Below, in pieces: positions 24,989 through 37,486 of a stretch of DNA of 64,000 bases. The position numbers and the translations under genes were made by a program. Position 1 is the stretch's first letter. Every line of letters begins with the position of its first letter. The DNA is from Octopus sinensis (taxonomy: Eukaryota), in assembly GCF_006345805.1 (NCBI RefSeq), contig NC_042998.1, positions 108,252,001 through 108,316,000 of the forward strand, read 5' to 3'. The notes below the pieces were generated by a model. The model saw nothing but the letters and a program-made list of their open reading frames with translations. It did no database searches and was not told the origin of the DNA.

Positions 24989-25289
24989 CCATCTTTTGCA
25001 GTATCGAAGTAGAATTTAAGTTTCCTTGCCGCATAAATTCTACAAGTTACAGTTGATCTTTATAGAAACATTTCCTGTGATAGGTTAGTGTCATATCTCA
25101 CTGAGATTTGCTTCTTTTCTGCAACTCAGAAATATATATCGTCTTTTAAAAAATGTAGATTAAGTTATTTAAGAAAACATGCAATGGTCACAATTGGCGT
25201 TTTGTTCATGCAAATACATCCACCTTATGAACGCCATACACCTTTTACAGACATATCAAAAATGGTGTGGATATATAGGCGTAGACATA

Positions 25290-25432
25290 GGTATATGGTA
25301 AGAAGTTTGTTCCTGAAAATAGTTCCAGGTTCAGTCCCACTGCTTGACACCTTGTACTTCTACTATAGCCTCGAGTCGACCAAAGCTTTGTGAGTGAATT
25401 TGGTAGACGGAAACTAAAAGAAGCTTGTCGTA
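25290..25432 (+). mobile_element. SINE family A 5' fragment
   Basis: GGTTCAGTCCCACTGC...CTTCTACTATAGCCTCG matches the reverse complement of 6940-7010. Confidence 0.7.
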
Positions 25433-25668
25433 CACACACACACATCTGTCGCATAGCCGAAAGGCCTTCTATATAGAGAAATATTTGTCGTTTCTTTATG
25501 TTTAATTTTTTTCGCTATTGTCCTAGGTTTTTTTGTTTCACATATTTTCATGTATTTTTCATATATTACCGTTTGGTCATGAGACACCCACTGTTTTATA
25601 TGTGCCTTATTCTTTTCTTCATGTTCGCTTGTTTTGTACATCAACAACTTTTTGCTGTTGGCACCAAT

Positions 25669-26001
25669 CTTCAATCTTCAGTCAAGAACCGGATCATCCT
25701 CGCAATTTCGGCTGATGCATGTATGTATGTTTGTATGTATATATGTATATATATGTATATATGTATATATACTTATGTACCTTAATGTAGGTTTTTGCCT
25801 CAAAAACGATCGAGGTAAGTTTCTAATTTTATGTGCGTCATGTGCTCGATAACATTAAAAAATCGTTATAATCTTTCCCCACTCCTAACAGCAAAATTGT
25901 TTTTTCTTTCTTAAATTGGATAGAAGCAAGAAATACATTGTTGTAAATTAAAACACGACTGTCATAATTGCAATACTTGTATCTTATTTTAGAGGGGAAG
26001 T
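25669..26001 (+). repeat. Local direct duplication, copy 1 (copy 2 at 29273-29622)
   Basis: ~333 bp vs ~350 bp, high identity, same internal junctions. Confidence 0.9.
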
Positions 26002-27492
26002 GTCAAATAAAGTGTCAAAACTGTAATGATTTTTTTGTCTATAACAGACGGGGGAAGAACATTTCCACGTCCTTTGAGCGTGTTTTTGTTTTCTGTGTGT
26101 TCCGTCGTCATCTTCCTGTGCCACATGTTATCATTATATATATATATATATAAAACAATCATAGTACGAGAAGATGGAATGAACAGTCTTTATTACAAAC
26201 CACTACAATTGTTTCAGCGTATCATTATCAGCTGGTAATTGCTGAATGTTACACATATTATACACAACATTGCATTACTATGATCCAATAATAGGTGTAT
26301 ACATGCGCGTCTTCAGGTGAGTAGTGTTCAAAGCACTGCTAGATCATTTTTCCTTTCTCTTTCTTTTATACCAACATCATTTTGTTATTTTTCGAATTTC
26401 ATTGACAAGGAATAAAATGGAAATATAAAGACATACAAATGAGAGAAAATACCAAAAATATTTACACGAAAAGATACATTATCAAAAATATATAAGTGAT
26501 AGATGTATAATACGAATATCATATTATTTAGAAGCATATTATCAAAAAATAACATTTAAGGATGTATATTATAGAAAATATATCATTAATAGAGATTTAT
26601 TATAAAAATATAATATTTAAAGACACCAAAACATAGTTACCGTTTATATATTACTTAAAATATATAATTTAATGGCGTATATTAGCAAAATTATATTATC
26701 TAAAAACATATCTAAAATGATATAATTAAAAAAAATATCAATCAAAACTATATGATATTATAACTTCAGTCATTAGTTGTTGTTTAGGCACAAATCTACA
26801 CTCACCAAAAGCTTTAAAACCAATGCTATTTCATTTATGTTTTTCAAACACAGTGTTTCCAGACTAGAGCATCCAATGCATCATGGCAGAGATTTGGTTG
26901 CTAATGCTTATTGGTCACATGACTATAAAAATGTCCCCCCGCTCATTGAACCCATTCATTAATTATTAGCTTTAAATCTATCAAAATAATGGTGCTGAAG
27001 TAGAAGCAGCGTTTTGAGTACCGGATTAAATATCGTGTAGTTTATATTTACGCGTTTTTACGTTTTGACTTCAAATCCCGACGAGATCGATTTTGTCTTT
27101 TATCTTTCCTGGCTCGATAAAATATATACCACTCAAGTGCTGAGATCGATTTAAAACGAGTGGCCTTCTGTCTAAATTAGAAACTTTTATTATCTGCAGA
27201 ATTAAAAATACTTTACATCTATTTCCAAAATACAGTAGATGCCTATTTATACTTTTATCAGATAGTAATACATTTATAAATTCAGCCAAAACTGGAAGTA
27301 TTGACTCATGAAGCATTGATCTAACTTTGGAGAATGTGTTTACTATGCTCACTCGCATAAGACCTAAAATATATATTAGTATGTTTCAGGTTCAGGGTAA
27401 AAGTCGTGGTAGGGTAATAAATTCTCATCATATCGTGTCAACAACGCAGTTATATTTGTTGATAAAAGTGATACATGTACATAACATTAAAC

Positions 27493-27580
27493 TTACCTAC
27501 CTACCTACCTACCTACCTACCTACCTACCTACCTACCTACCTACCTACCTACCTACCTACCTACCTACCTACCTACCTAC
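27493..27580. repeat. (ACCT)n tetranucleotide repeat
   Basis: Direct reading. Other tetramer tracts: (TATC)n ~36822-36878, (TACA)n ~44165-44220, (GTCT)n ~59318-59380. Confidence 0.97.
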
Positions 27581-27623
27581 ATTCATACATACATATCTTC
27601 ACGCACACGTTCGTGCGCGCGTA

Positions 27624-28200
27624 CAAGAGTTAGTCAAAATGATGGAAACACCGTGTTAGACGAAAGTTATATTATTTTATGCGGAGTTGGTTCACCTTTG
27701 GCATCAGTCACAGCTTTAATACATCGACGAACTGATTCGTACACGTTCTGAATGGTTGTTAGGGGAATTTTGAGCCATACTTCAACTGAAACCTGCATTT
27801 GCTCTTTCAGCGACAATGGTAAAAGGAAGCGGATCGTCACTCACTGCTACAAAATGTACCATAAATATTTAATTATATTGAGGTCTGGTGATTGCAGAGC
27901 CCAATACAAGTGGTCTACTTAAATTTTGTGCTATTCGCGCCAATTTTGAATTACATTAACAGTGTGAGTCGATACATTATCATCAAGGAATAATGTTTGT
28001 ACCATAGGATAAACATAATCAACCAAAATACTTAGATAATCCTTGGCATTAACACTGCCATATAAAGCAACTAAAAGGACAAGAACATTCCATGATATGT
28101 CTGCGTAAGTTATCTCAGGACATATAGTTCACTGTAGGGGGCCAAACAGTCGAAGTTGAACACCATTTTGAACTCCCAAAAACCACTCAACCTTTGATAC
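27624..28200 (-). mobile_element. Tc1-like transposon 3' remnant
   Basis: Minus-strand WALQSPDLNIIKYLW and WLKIPLTTIQNVYES...IKAVTDAKGEPT; TA + CAAGAGTTAGTCAAAATGATGGAAACACC is TIR-like at 27622-27652. Confidence 0.8.
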
Positions 28201-28381
28201 TTCTCCTCATCCACCTTACCATCACTCCACCCGGATTATCATTGAAACTTTCCACTTCTCGGATTCTACCATTATGGATCTTAATGTACGCCGTTGCTGA
28301 GTTTATTCTCTGTCACTTTTGTGACCTCTAATAATTTTGCCTTTAGGTTCTAATTGCTAATAAGCCGCTCTTTTTAATTTC

Positions 28382-28466
<85 letters not shown>

Positions 28467-28489
28467 TGTGTGTGTGTGTGTGTGTGTAA

Positions 28490-29319
28490 AAAATACAAAC
28501 CGGGACAAGAACGCAAAACATTTAGAAGACGATACAAAAAACACAGACGAGATAATCGAAGCCTTCAATCTTCAGTCAAGAACCGGATCATCCTCGCAAT
28601 TTCGGCTGATTAATCTTGAGATTGCTCCAATCTGGTCAGCCCCATGGAAAATCTAAGCTAAGCGCATTAGATTCCTTGGAAGAAAGCTTCGAATGTATAC
28701 AAAACAAAGACGGAAAAACGGACGATGTTACACGAATATGAATACAAAAATAATACGTAAAAACAATAATGATAATAATAATAACAAAAACAGGACGTCA
28801 CAAACAGGCGTCTTTCAACTAGGACGAATAAATTCAGCTGGCGTGTTAGGAATGTGTCTTGGGGCAGAGAGAAAAAAATGCGTGTTACCACGACGACTGC
28901 TAGACCCGAAAGACCAGCAGTCGGTCAGTCACGTGTGATGAGAAAAGAGAGGAAAGAGGGACAGAGGAATTAAGGAGGGGGAGAAGAGAGAGAAAAAGAG
29001 GAACAAGGAATTACGGAGGAGGAGAAGAGAGAGAGAGAGAGCGAGAAAGAGAGCGATCAAAGTGAAGTGCAAAGTAAGAAAGGCAAAGCAATGTAGGAGA
29101 GAGGGGAGAGACAGTGTTATAGAGTCGTACCAAGTTTAGAGAAATGTGTACTTACATATAAGAGAGAGGGTACGTACGCCGCTATATATATATATGTAAA
29201 TAATACAAACTGGGACAAGAACGCAAAACATTTAGAAGACGATACAAAAAACACGGACGGGACATTCGAAGCCTTCAATCTTCAGTCAAGAACCGGATCA
29301 TCCTCGCAATTTCGGCTGA
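28490..29319. mobile_element. Partially tandem repeat, possibly a Penelope pseudo-LTR
   Basis: 28490-28610 recurs at ~29203-29319, and its last ~50 bp again at 25669-25715. The Penelope assignment is an inference. Confidence 0.4.
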
Positions 29320-29749
29320 TGCATGTATGTATGTATGTTTGTATGTATATATGTATATATATGTATACATGTATATATACTTATGTACCTTAATGTAGGT
29401 TTTTGCCTCAAAAACGATCGAGGTAAATTCCTAATTTTATGTGCGTCATGTGCTCGATAACATTAAGAAATCGTTACAATTTTTCTCCACTCTTAACAGC
29501 AAAATTGTTTTTTTTTAAATTTATTCTCTGGATACTTTGGATAGAAGCAAGAAATACATTGTTGTAAATTAAAACACGACTGTCATAATTGCAATACTTG
29601 TATCTTATTTTAGCGGGGAAGTAATTCATTCAACGGACAACTAACAACATTGTTTTTACGCCAACGGAGTAACCAAAATTTTTATAACATTTTCTCGTAC
29701 TTCATTTCTCCAGAGTTATTTGGCCCATGGGTAATAATTGCGCTAGAAT

Positions 29750-30600
29750 TAAAAAAAAAAATGTACGCAGAATCTTCTCTTTACTGTTTCCGCGTAGAAC
29801 TGCATTTTAATCCTACCTTTCATTGAGAATTCATCAATCAAACGTTGATGGCTTCATCTTCTTTAATATGTTAATTTCATGTATTAATAATTGTACCTTT
29901 ATAAATATCTCTTTATAATGAAGCAAGTTTGCGAGCGACATAAAGTATTCTTTTTGTTTCAATTTAAAGGCTTTATGGTATTTATTATCTGTTGCAATCC
30001 ATTTTTAACTTAACACAAAAACTATCTGGTTGATACAGTTTGCAAGTTAGAAGTGTACCTTAATTTATAAATGGCATATATAAATTGCATTTAAACATAG
30101 ACAGAATCTATTGAAATAATTCTCAATAACATAGTCTTGAATACTTGAAAATACATCTGTAACTGAAGAATTTCAGAATACTTTGTAGAAGGAATAAAGT
30201 GAACTTTCCTTTCACTCTCATCCACAGGTAATTTAAAGAAGTTATCTAAACAAACTTGGTTTAATGCTTCTTTAAAACTGATTGTTACAGATACCTGTTG
30301 TTCTATGGCGTCTCTTATGAAACTAAAATTTGTTCAACTTTAAATTACTTTCAGCTTTAAATTATAACGAAATTGATTCCAATTAATCTTTGATGTTGTC
30401 GTCAAATATGATGCACACTTTCAATTTATTCAATTTTCGGAATTAAATAAGATTTGTTTGAAAGTTGGGTGTTAGAAAATCAAGAAATTCATTTGATTGT
30501 TTTCAAATGTAATCTTGTGGGAAAATTTTGTTACGGAAGATAATTTGAAAGAGAAAGTGAACACAACCAAATAATGTCATTGGTTATAACTTAAATACAG
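29750..30600 (-). mobile_element. Possible highly degraded hAT C-terminal remnant
   Basis: Weak minus-strand AFKLKQKEY...LANL and IDEFSMKR resemblance to the hAT dimerisation end. Confidence 0.3.
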
Positions 30601-31610
30601 AAATGCTTACTAAAATTTGTTTACCAATTTCCTGTGTCTACCCAAATGTTGTATGCAGCTCTTACAGTTCTGAACAAAATCTATTCCTATCTCTCTCTAT
30701 ATATGATATATATACTTCACATTCTGGTGTGTATTCATCCTGTGTTTTGTAAACAGGAACATAAAATGAAGATTGTGAAATATTCCATCTTTGAATCTTA
30801 TTCTAGGTTCAACTTATTTTTTGCTTTATCAATTTCTATACAACCGTATTGCCACTTACAGTGTTCAGAATATATGTTCACCTTCAGTAAAACTTCAAAG
30901 CAGACTTGTTTTACCGGAAACATTCAACTATAAGTCTATCTCAGGAACAGAAATCACATATAACTTACATATCTATATAGTCTGATATTAATAATGGAGG
31001 GAGAAATAAGTTGTAATGTTTATATCTTGTCTAACGGCTTTATCTGATTGGCATAACATGCATCGGAAACAGTAAGCAGGATATGGCCTAACTTTCCTGT
31101 AGTTTATGTCTATATTTAAATGCCACTAAATAACACGATCCTTTCATGTCATTGTTCGACTAGCTAGAAATAACAGTCAAGTCTCCCTCAAATTACACCC
31201 AAGCGTCCTAAAGTGAAACAACACATTGGATATAAATCTGCTTTAAATCACATCTTTAGCAAGTTGTATTATTGGGTCCTTGCTATACAGTTCGAATAAA
31301 AGACAGAAAAGAAATTATGCTGGATAAGGGATTACCAGGTACAATAACAGCAATGTAAAAGCAATCTTCTATAAGCATACAGCGTTTCATTTACCAGATA
31401 GGATAAATGAAATTGAGGAACATTAATTTCTACTCCAAAGGTATTGTTGACACAGGAAAAAATGGTTCTCTGTAGGAATCGAAATCAGTTCGATGAAATA
31501 AGATACTGAAAGTTTGGTTATACTGAATGGTGTTATTTGGATGCATTTATATTTAATCAGCTTTTGGAAAACATTTATCAATTTAATACCGACACACATT
31601 ATTACATACC

Positions 31611-32130
31611 TCAATTAAGTTTCGACTCAAAATTGATAATGTAGTCCCTTTCATTAGAGGTGAGGGAGTTATAATGTTTTGAGACTAAATAATGGAGTTT
31701 CTTCATGATGCGACGGTGAACATTCCAGGATATTTCATGGTAGAACGTTGCATCCTTCAAATGATCTTCAGCTAGATCCCGGTAATATTCCATATGCATT
31801 ATAAAAATAATACCCCCTTTATCCGCTTGTTTGAATACAATTGTGTTGTAATTTTTAAGACGTATAAGGGCAGACTTTTCTAGTTTTGAAATGTTTGGTC
31901 TGACGTTGATGTTATGCCTCAATTAAAATCTGGAGAGAATATCAATGAACTGATCTAGATGTGTATTTCGTCCTTTTGCCGGATTAAATTTTGATTTATT
32001 TTTCGCCAAGGATTCGTCATTCTCTTTATTTTATCAGTAGAAAAAAAATCTCCACAAGTCGTAGTTTCCGACAAAAGTTTTGGATATCTTCTTCCAGTTC
32101 CTGATGGTTGACTGTAGTTGTAAATTTTAG
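31611..32130 (-). mobile_element. Penelope-like element, N-terminal/pre-RT fragment
   Basis: NISKLEKSALIRLKNYNTIVFKQADKGG...YYRDLAEDHLKD matches the PLE E..AL..L...ADKG motif; preceded by KSKFNPAKGRNTHLDQFID. Confidence 0.85.
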
Positions 32131-35100
32131 TCATTTCATCAATAATCGAAATTCGTCACTGTCTATTTCTTTTTGATTATTGATGAAAAGTCTAAAATTC
32201 TCTCCTACACTTAATGTGTGTTTGTATATGTATGATTAACTGTACGTACATATGCACACCTGCGTATCTGTGTGTGAAGTTATATTTATATGTACCTGTA
32301 GGCACCAACATTTTACAAAAAGCGTTAAGAATATACTTTCCTCGAAAAGCTATGTTGTAAACAAATTCAAAATCTCACTAACCAAAGGGCACTGATTGAT
32401 TAATATGGATCTATATTAATTTCTTTTTTAGGGCTGATGGGTACGAAGAATGCATACATATGTGCATGTGTATATACATATGTGCGTGTATGAGTGCGCA
32501 TACGTATTTATGCATGTATGTGTATGTATGTGTGTATGCGTGTATACACGTATATGTGTAAATTTGTGCATGCATACGTATAAGTATATGCGCGCATCTC
32601 TGTATGTGAGCGTATTCACACACACACACACACATATATATTTATGTATCCTCTAAGATGTAGAGCACATGAATTTTTACAATTTTATTTATATCTTATA
32701 AATGAATATTTTATTATTTTATTAACTATAAAATTACCGTATCTATATTTATCTTCCCTCATTCATCTCTATTTACTTTGTTTATTGTTCTAGTTTTATA
32801 TATTTACTTTACTTTATCCCTAATCACATTCTAATCAACTTGATAACCCTTCACCCGCGCATATGATAATACAAACCATAAACCGTAACATTTAGTCTGT
32901 TGAAATGAATTGATAGGCCCACATATAACATCCAAAATGTACATCTTTTCTTTCTCTGATGAAATTATACTCATGTCACATAAATGTAAATTTGATGTAC
33001 AAATTTGTAATTAAATTATTGAGTATTAATTGAAACGGCTGTAAGAAACGAAGATGACCAATTTATTAATAATAAACAATTATTAACTTCCTTATCACCA
33101 TTTTCTTTCCTTCTTATAAATGGATACGAACTATATTTCATTATCATTAACTTTTTAATCATTATCTTTTTAAAGATAATGATAAGTTATATGAATTTTG
33201 AATTTATGCTTACTCGCTAATGTTCGTTTGGAAGTCGCGTGGCCTTTAGCTGAACAGATGTGCACGGAATGGTAAATATGTTTTAAAAAATAGTTTACGA
33301 AGTAAGCCTAGCTGATGAGCTTTAAGTGTCTTTGGCACAGAAATCAATTAATACTGGGATATCTACTCTCCTATTTGTAGTTTTACAAATAGGACGACTG
33401 TTTATTAGTATATTTGCTGCATTCTCCGTGCATGTTTACATATAGTGAGAGATGCGTGGCTTTGGAGAGTTTTAACTCCTCTTTCTAGCAAATAGATGCA
33501 TATTTTACCCTGACTTTTAATATATATTTTGTATATTTGCCTATTTGGTTATGTTTGCTGGCCATTTTATCATATTCACATGTCTCTACATGTTCACTCA
33601 CGTATACATACCTCCTCATTTAGATATATCTCTGAATCGCTCGTATCCACGTTTCACATTTTTGCACACATTTATGTTATAATTAAGTTGAGGTATTTCT
33701 GCTATTTTTACTTTCTAATTAAATGTTATTTTTTTTCATACTTCCTGTTAACAAAAATACACTTAATTTTCTCTTCTTATTTACATCAATGTTTTAGCAT
33801 CCCCCCGCTCATGTATTCATGCTTATTACTATACATCGTTTTCTCTGCGGCTGTAATTTCTAAAGTTTTATTAAATGTAAACCAAGTAAATTTACATCGT
33901 TGATTTTTTTCATTAAAAAAAAAACTGTAACATAAAAGCAAAGATAGTCAATTCTTCGGTGAAATTAAAAAGAATAACTGTTTTACACTTTATTTGAACA
34001 ACTAACTGTAATTATATTTATACCACAAACCCATTATTTTGGCGAAGGAGTAAGGACCTTGTCGCAGGGATTTGAATGCTGTGCAGTGTTGAAAATAACT
34101 GTCAGTCGGAAAATTATCAATTCAATATCCCAACAAACGAACAAAGATATCTTATAATTGAATACGGGACATTATAATGTACAGCAACATACGACTGCCC
34201 TTCTGCTTACCAAAGAGGGAGACGAAATTAAAAGGTACAGCAAAAACAGCTATCTCACTTCACGCCAAAAGAGAAGTTATAAAGTACAGCAACGACCACG
34301 GGTTCCGTTTATATCACAATAGAAGATAATACATGGTATAGTAAGAAACAACTTCTCTTTATGACATAATATTATAAAGATATTGTAAAGTATTGCAACA
34401 AGCAGTGCCTCTTTTCATCTCAGCATGTTGACACTGAGTAAGTACAGAGTACTACTGATTCAGAGTCACATATGTGATATACTTCTTTGATTGGGTTGTT
34501 ACTCTTTTCGATAGGTCTTAGTCAGAACAATACAGATAGTAAATGATCAAAGTCCATACGGTTTCCTTTTATTTTTAAGACTGAATTGTTATTGGCTTTT
34601 ATTTCTAGTAAATGGTTCGAACATTTTAAGGTGCCTCGTTAGTATCTATTTGATAAAGTTGGTATTAATGATGATTATCATATAAACTTCCCTAATGATA
34701 TGATGAAGCTTAGGATGATACCAATCATTTAGCATTTACCTAGTTTTCAAAACACTAAGCAGAGAGACAGTGTTATCTTATTTGAAACACACGCAGTAAC
34801 TATACAACATTCAGCGCTTTCCGTAACTACTGGATAGTCGAAATATGAATACCAAATACAGTAAAAATAGGCGAGCTAGTATTGTAGTCCTATCTAGATA
34901 GTATCTCGTCAAAAACGCTGTGTTGTATCTTTGGCTAAAGACCTCATATAATCTTGACTTGATTACTAGTTTGAGATCTTCGAGTGACGCTATCATTAAA
35001 CGTTGCGATATGCTTTAAGAGGACAAAGGTGACGGGAAGCAAAAGAGGGCTGTGTTCATCTATCGAGATAACGTCATTGCTCTCTTATTGTTATTAATGC

Positions 35101-35532
35101 AGTACAAGTCTTGAATAAAGTCTACAATGTTTTCTAGTGTCATTACTTTAAAAAATTATGTAGAGAAGAGTTAAAACGACACAATAATTGGACTGTCTCT
35201 AAGGATCATATTGCATTCTTTTAATCACAAAAGTATTTTGCGTGATTTTTCGCGCTGTTCTTCAACAATACATAATTATGTGTTAAGTAAGAGCAAAAAG
35301 GTTCGAAAATAAGGGAGATAATAATGTGATAATGTGATAAAGGAAGATGGAGTCAAATGTTCTGCTATGATAGAATGAAGGTACTTTAGATCCCTTTCAA
35401 GTAGATAGTTGATAAGCACAGGAAATGGTCTGTCCTTATCACTTTATCACATTATCTCTAAATACTTAAATTCATACTTTATTTTGTTTTTCTTTTGTTT
35501 TCCTATTAATACTCTTAATACCTTTGCATACA

Positions 35533-35603
<71 letters not shown>

Positions 35604-35608
<5 letters not shown>

Positions 35609-36147
35609 AGGCTTTGGGTCAAAACTATGTGCACATTTTACTACCTCACAGGTTGGCGGCCAGACCAGTGGTCGGATCGAGCTGAAAATTGACACAGGCA
35701 TAGAAGGCGTGATGAGGCAGATTTGAGAAGGTTAAAACTCGTCATATGGAAAGATGCGGTTGCTATGGTGAGAAGAGTGATTTTTTATCGATCCAAGGGG
35801 GTTCTAAGCCCCTCCAGATTAGTGCGATTGGCATCTAATCTAATCTATAAAATGAAGGCGAATGTTGATACAAATTGGGTTTTTATGTAAAAAGGGGTCT
35901 AAATGAGGCTGGAAGGGGATTAAAATTTCCAGGAGTGGGTAATTAGAGGTGAGAAATTGATTGGGAGAAGTTCTGGGGCGCTACAGTGGTTGCCTTGGTG
36001 TGAAAACGGGGATTTTATTGATTTTTCGGGACACTTGGGGTCTAGATTGGACACCTTTTGCCCGATTTCAATGTGAATGTGGCGATAAGAAACAGAAAGT
36101 AACAACCACACCCTCAGCCACGCGTAGAGCGGGTCACTTTAAGCTAG
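35604..36147 (+). mobile_element. Helitron-like non-autonomous element
   Basis: GC-rich imperfect hairpin CCACGCGTAGAGCGGGT ~10 nt upstream of CTAG|T (36144-36148); internal CGGATCGAGCTGAAAATTGAC motif; 5' end lost in (CA)n. Confidence 0.5.
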
Positions 36148-36166
36148 TATAATCTATCTCTCTCTC

Positions 36167-36261
<95 letters not shown>

Positions 36262-36524
36262 ATATATATATACGGTAACATTTCCTTTCGCCACTATAAT
36301 ATGTCTGTGCTATACAGAACTGTGTTACTACATTTTTAACCCCAGGAAAACGTCTTTTCCAGCTGGTTAACGACAATCTGTGTCCGATATATTGTGAAGA
36401 AACCGAATCGCTCCCCTCCAGCTTGACATGATCAGGAGGCCATGGTTTCTGGGTCTTTACTCATCATCAGTACTGGATACCTGCCTGCTAGAGATGGCAG
36501 TCAAGCGTCCCTACTCACAATATA

Positions 36525-36743
36525 TATTTCTTTACTGCCCTCAAGGGGCTAAAAATAGAGGGGACAAACAAGGGCAGACAAAGGGATTAAGTCGATTACA
36601 TCGACCCAGTGCAAAACTGGTACCTTATTTATCGACCCCGAGAGGATGAAAGGCAAAGTCGACCTCGGCGGAATTTGAACTCAGAACGTAACGGCAGACG
36701 AAATACGGCTATGCATTTCGCATGGCGTGCTAACGATTCTGCC
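36525..36743 (-). mobile_element. Full SINE family B copy
   Basis: Same head and B-box (GAGTTCAAATTCC) and body as 23491-23718; ends ...TAAAGAAATA. Confidence 0.88.
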
Positions 36744-36820
36744 ATAAACGGAAAAGCGGCCGACAGCCGCTGATCTCGCAACGAGCAAAGAAGCGAGTTC
36801 TAAAATCTCTAAACGAGATT

Positions 36821-36878
<58 letters not shown>

Positions 36879-37189
36879 ATATATAAATGTGTGAGCATGT
36901 ATGTATATATATATATGCATACACCCACATACATATATGCACACACACATACACGCATATGTACACATTATTAAATTTACTTCCTACCTACATTTCGTCC
37001 CACCTCAGGAAAGTAACACAAATAGAGTTTAAAATGCACAATAAGTAGTTGTGGTAGTGTGGAGACGGTGACGGCGAAGGTGCCGTTACTGTTGGTAATG
37101 GTGACTGGAAGAACATACAGAGAAAGAGTGAGAGAAAGAGAGCGAGAGAGAGAGAGAAAGAGAAAGAGGGAGAGAGAAAGATAGAAAAG

Positions 37190-37225
<36 letters not shown>

Positions 37226-37486
37226 CTTTATTCACCATAAGGCTGAGAAAAAGAGGGGACAAAACAAACGTTGGGGTCAGGGTATCGAATGAGACGAAAC
37301 ATATGAATAAACAAACAATTAAAATATATACAATTAAATGAGAATGAGTGAATAACAAAAAATGAAGCGGAGGACGTGGTTGACCCCACAAACCACATAC
37401 TCACACTGAAGACTTTGCTTTCTCCTTTTTCACATTCTTGATTAAACAGGTTCTTTCACTCGCAACATGCTATAGACTTCCATCTT

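Noticed and set aside
33305-33350. Hammerhead core CTGATGAG...GAAA
   Set aside because: No convincing helix II or flanking helices could be paired.
34172-34400. CRISPR array
   Set aside because: Eukaryotic context, repeats too short and degenerate, no cas genes; kept only as an unexplained motif array.
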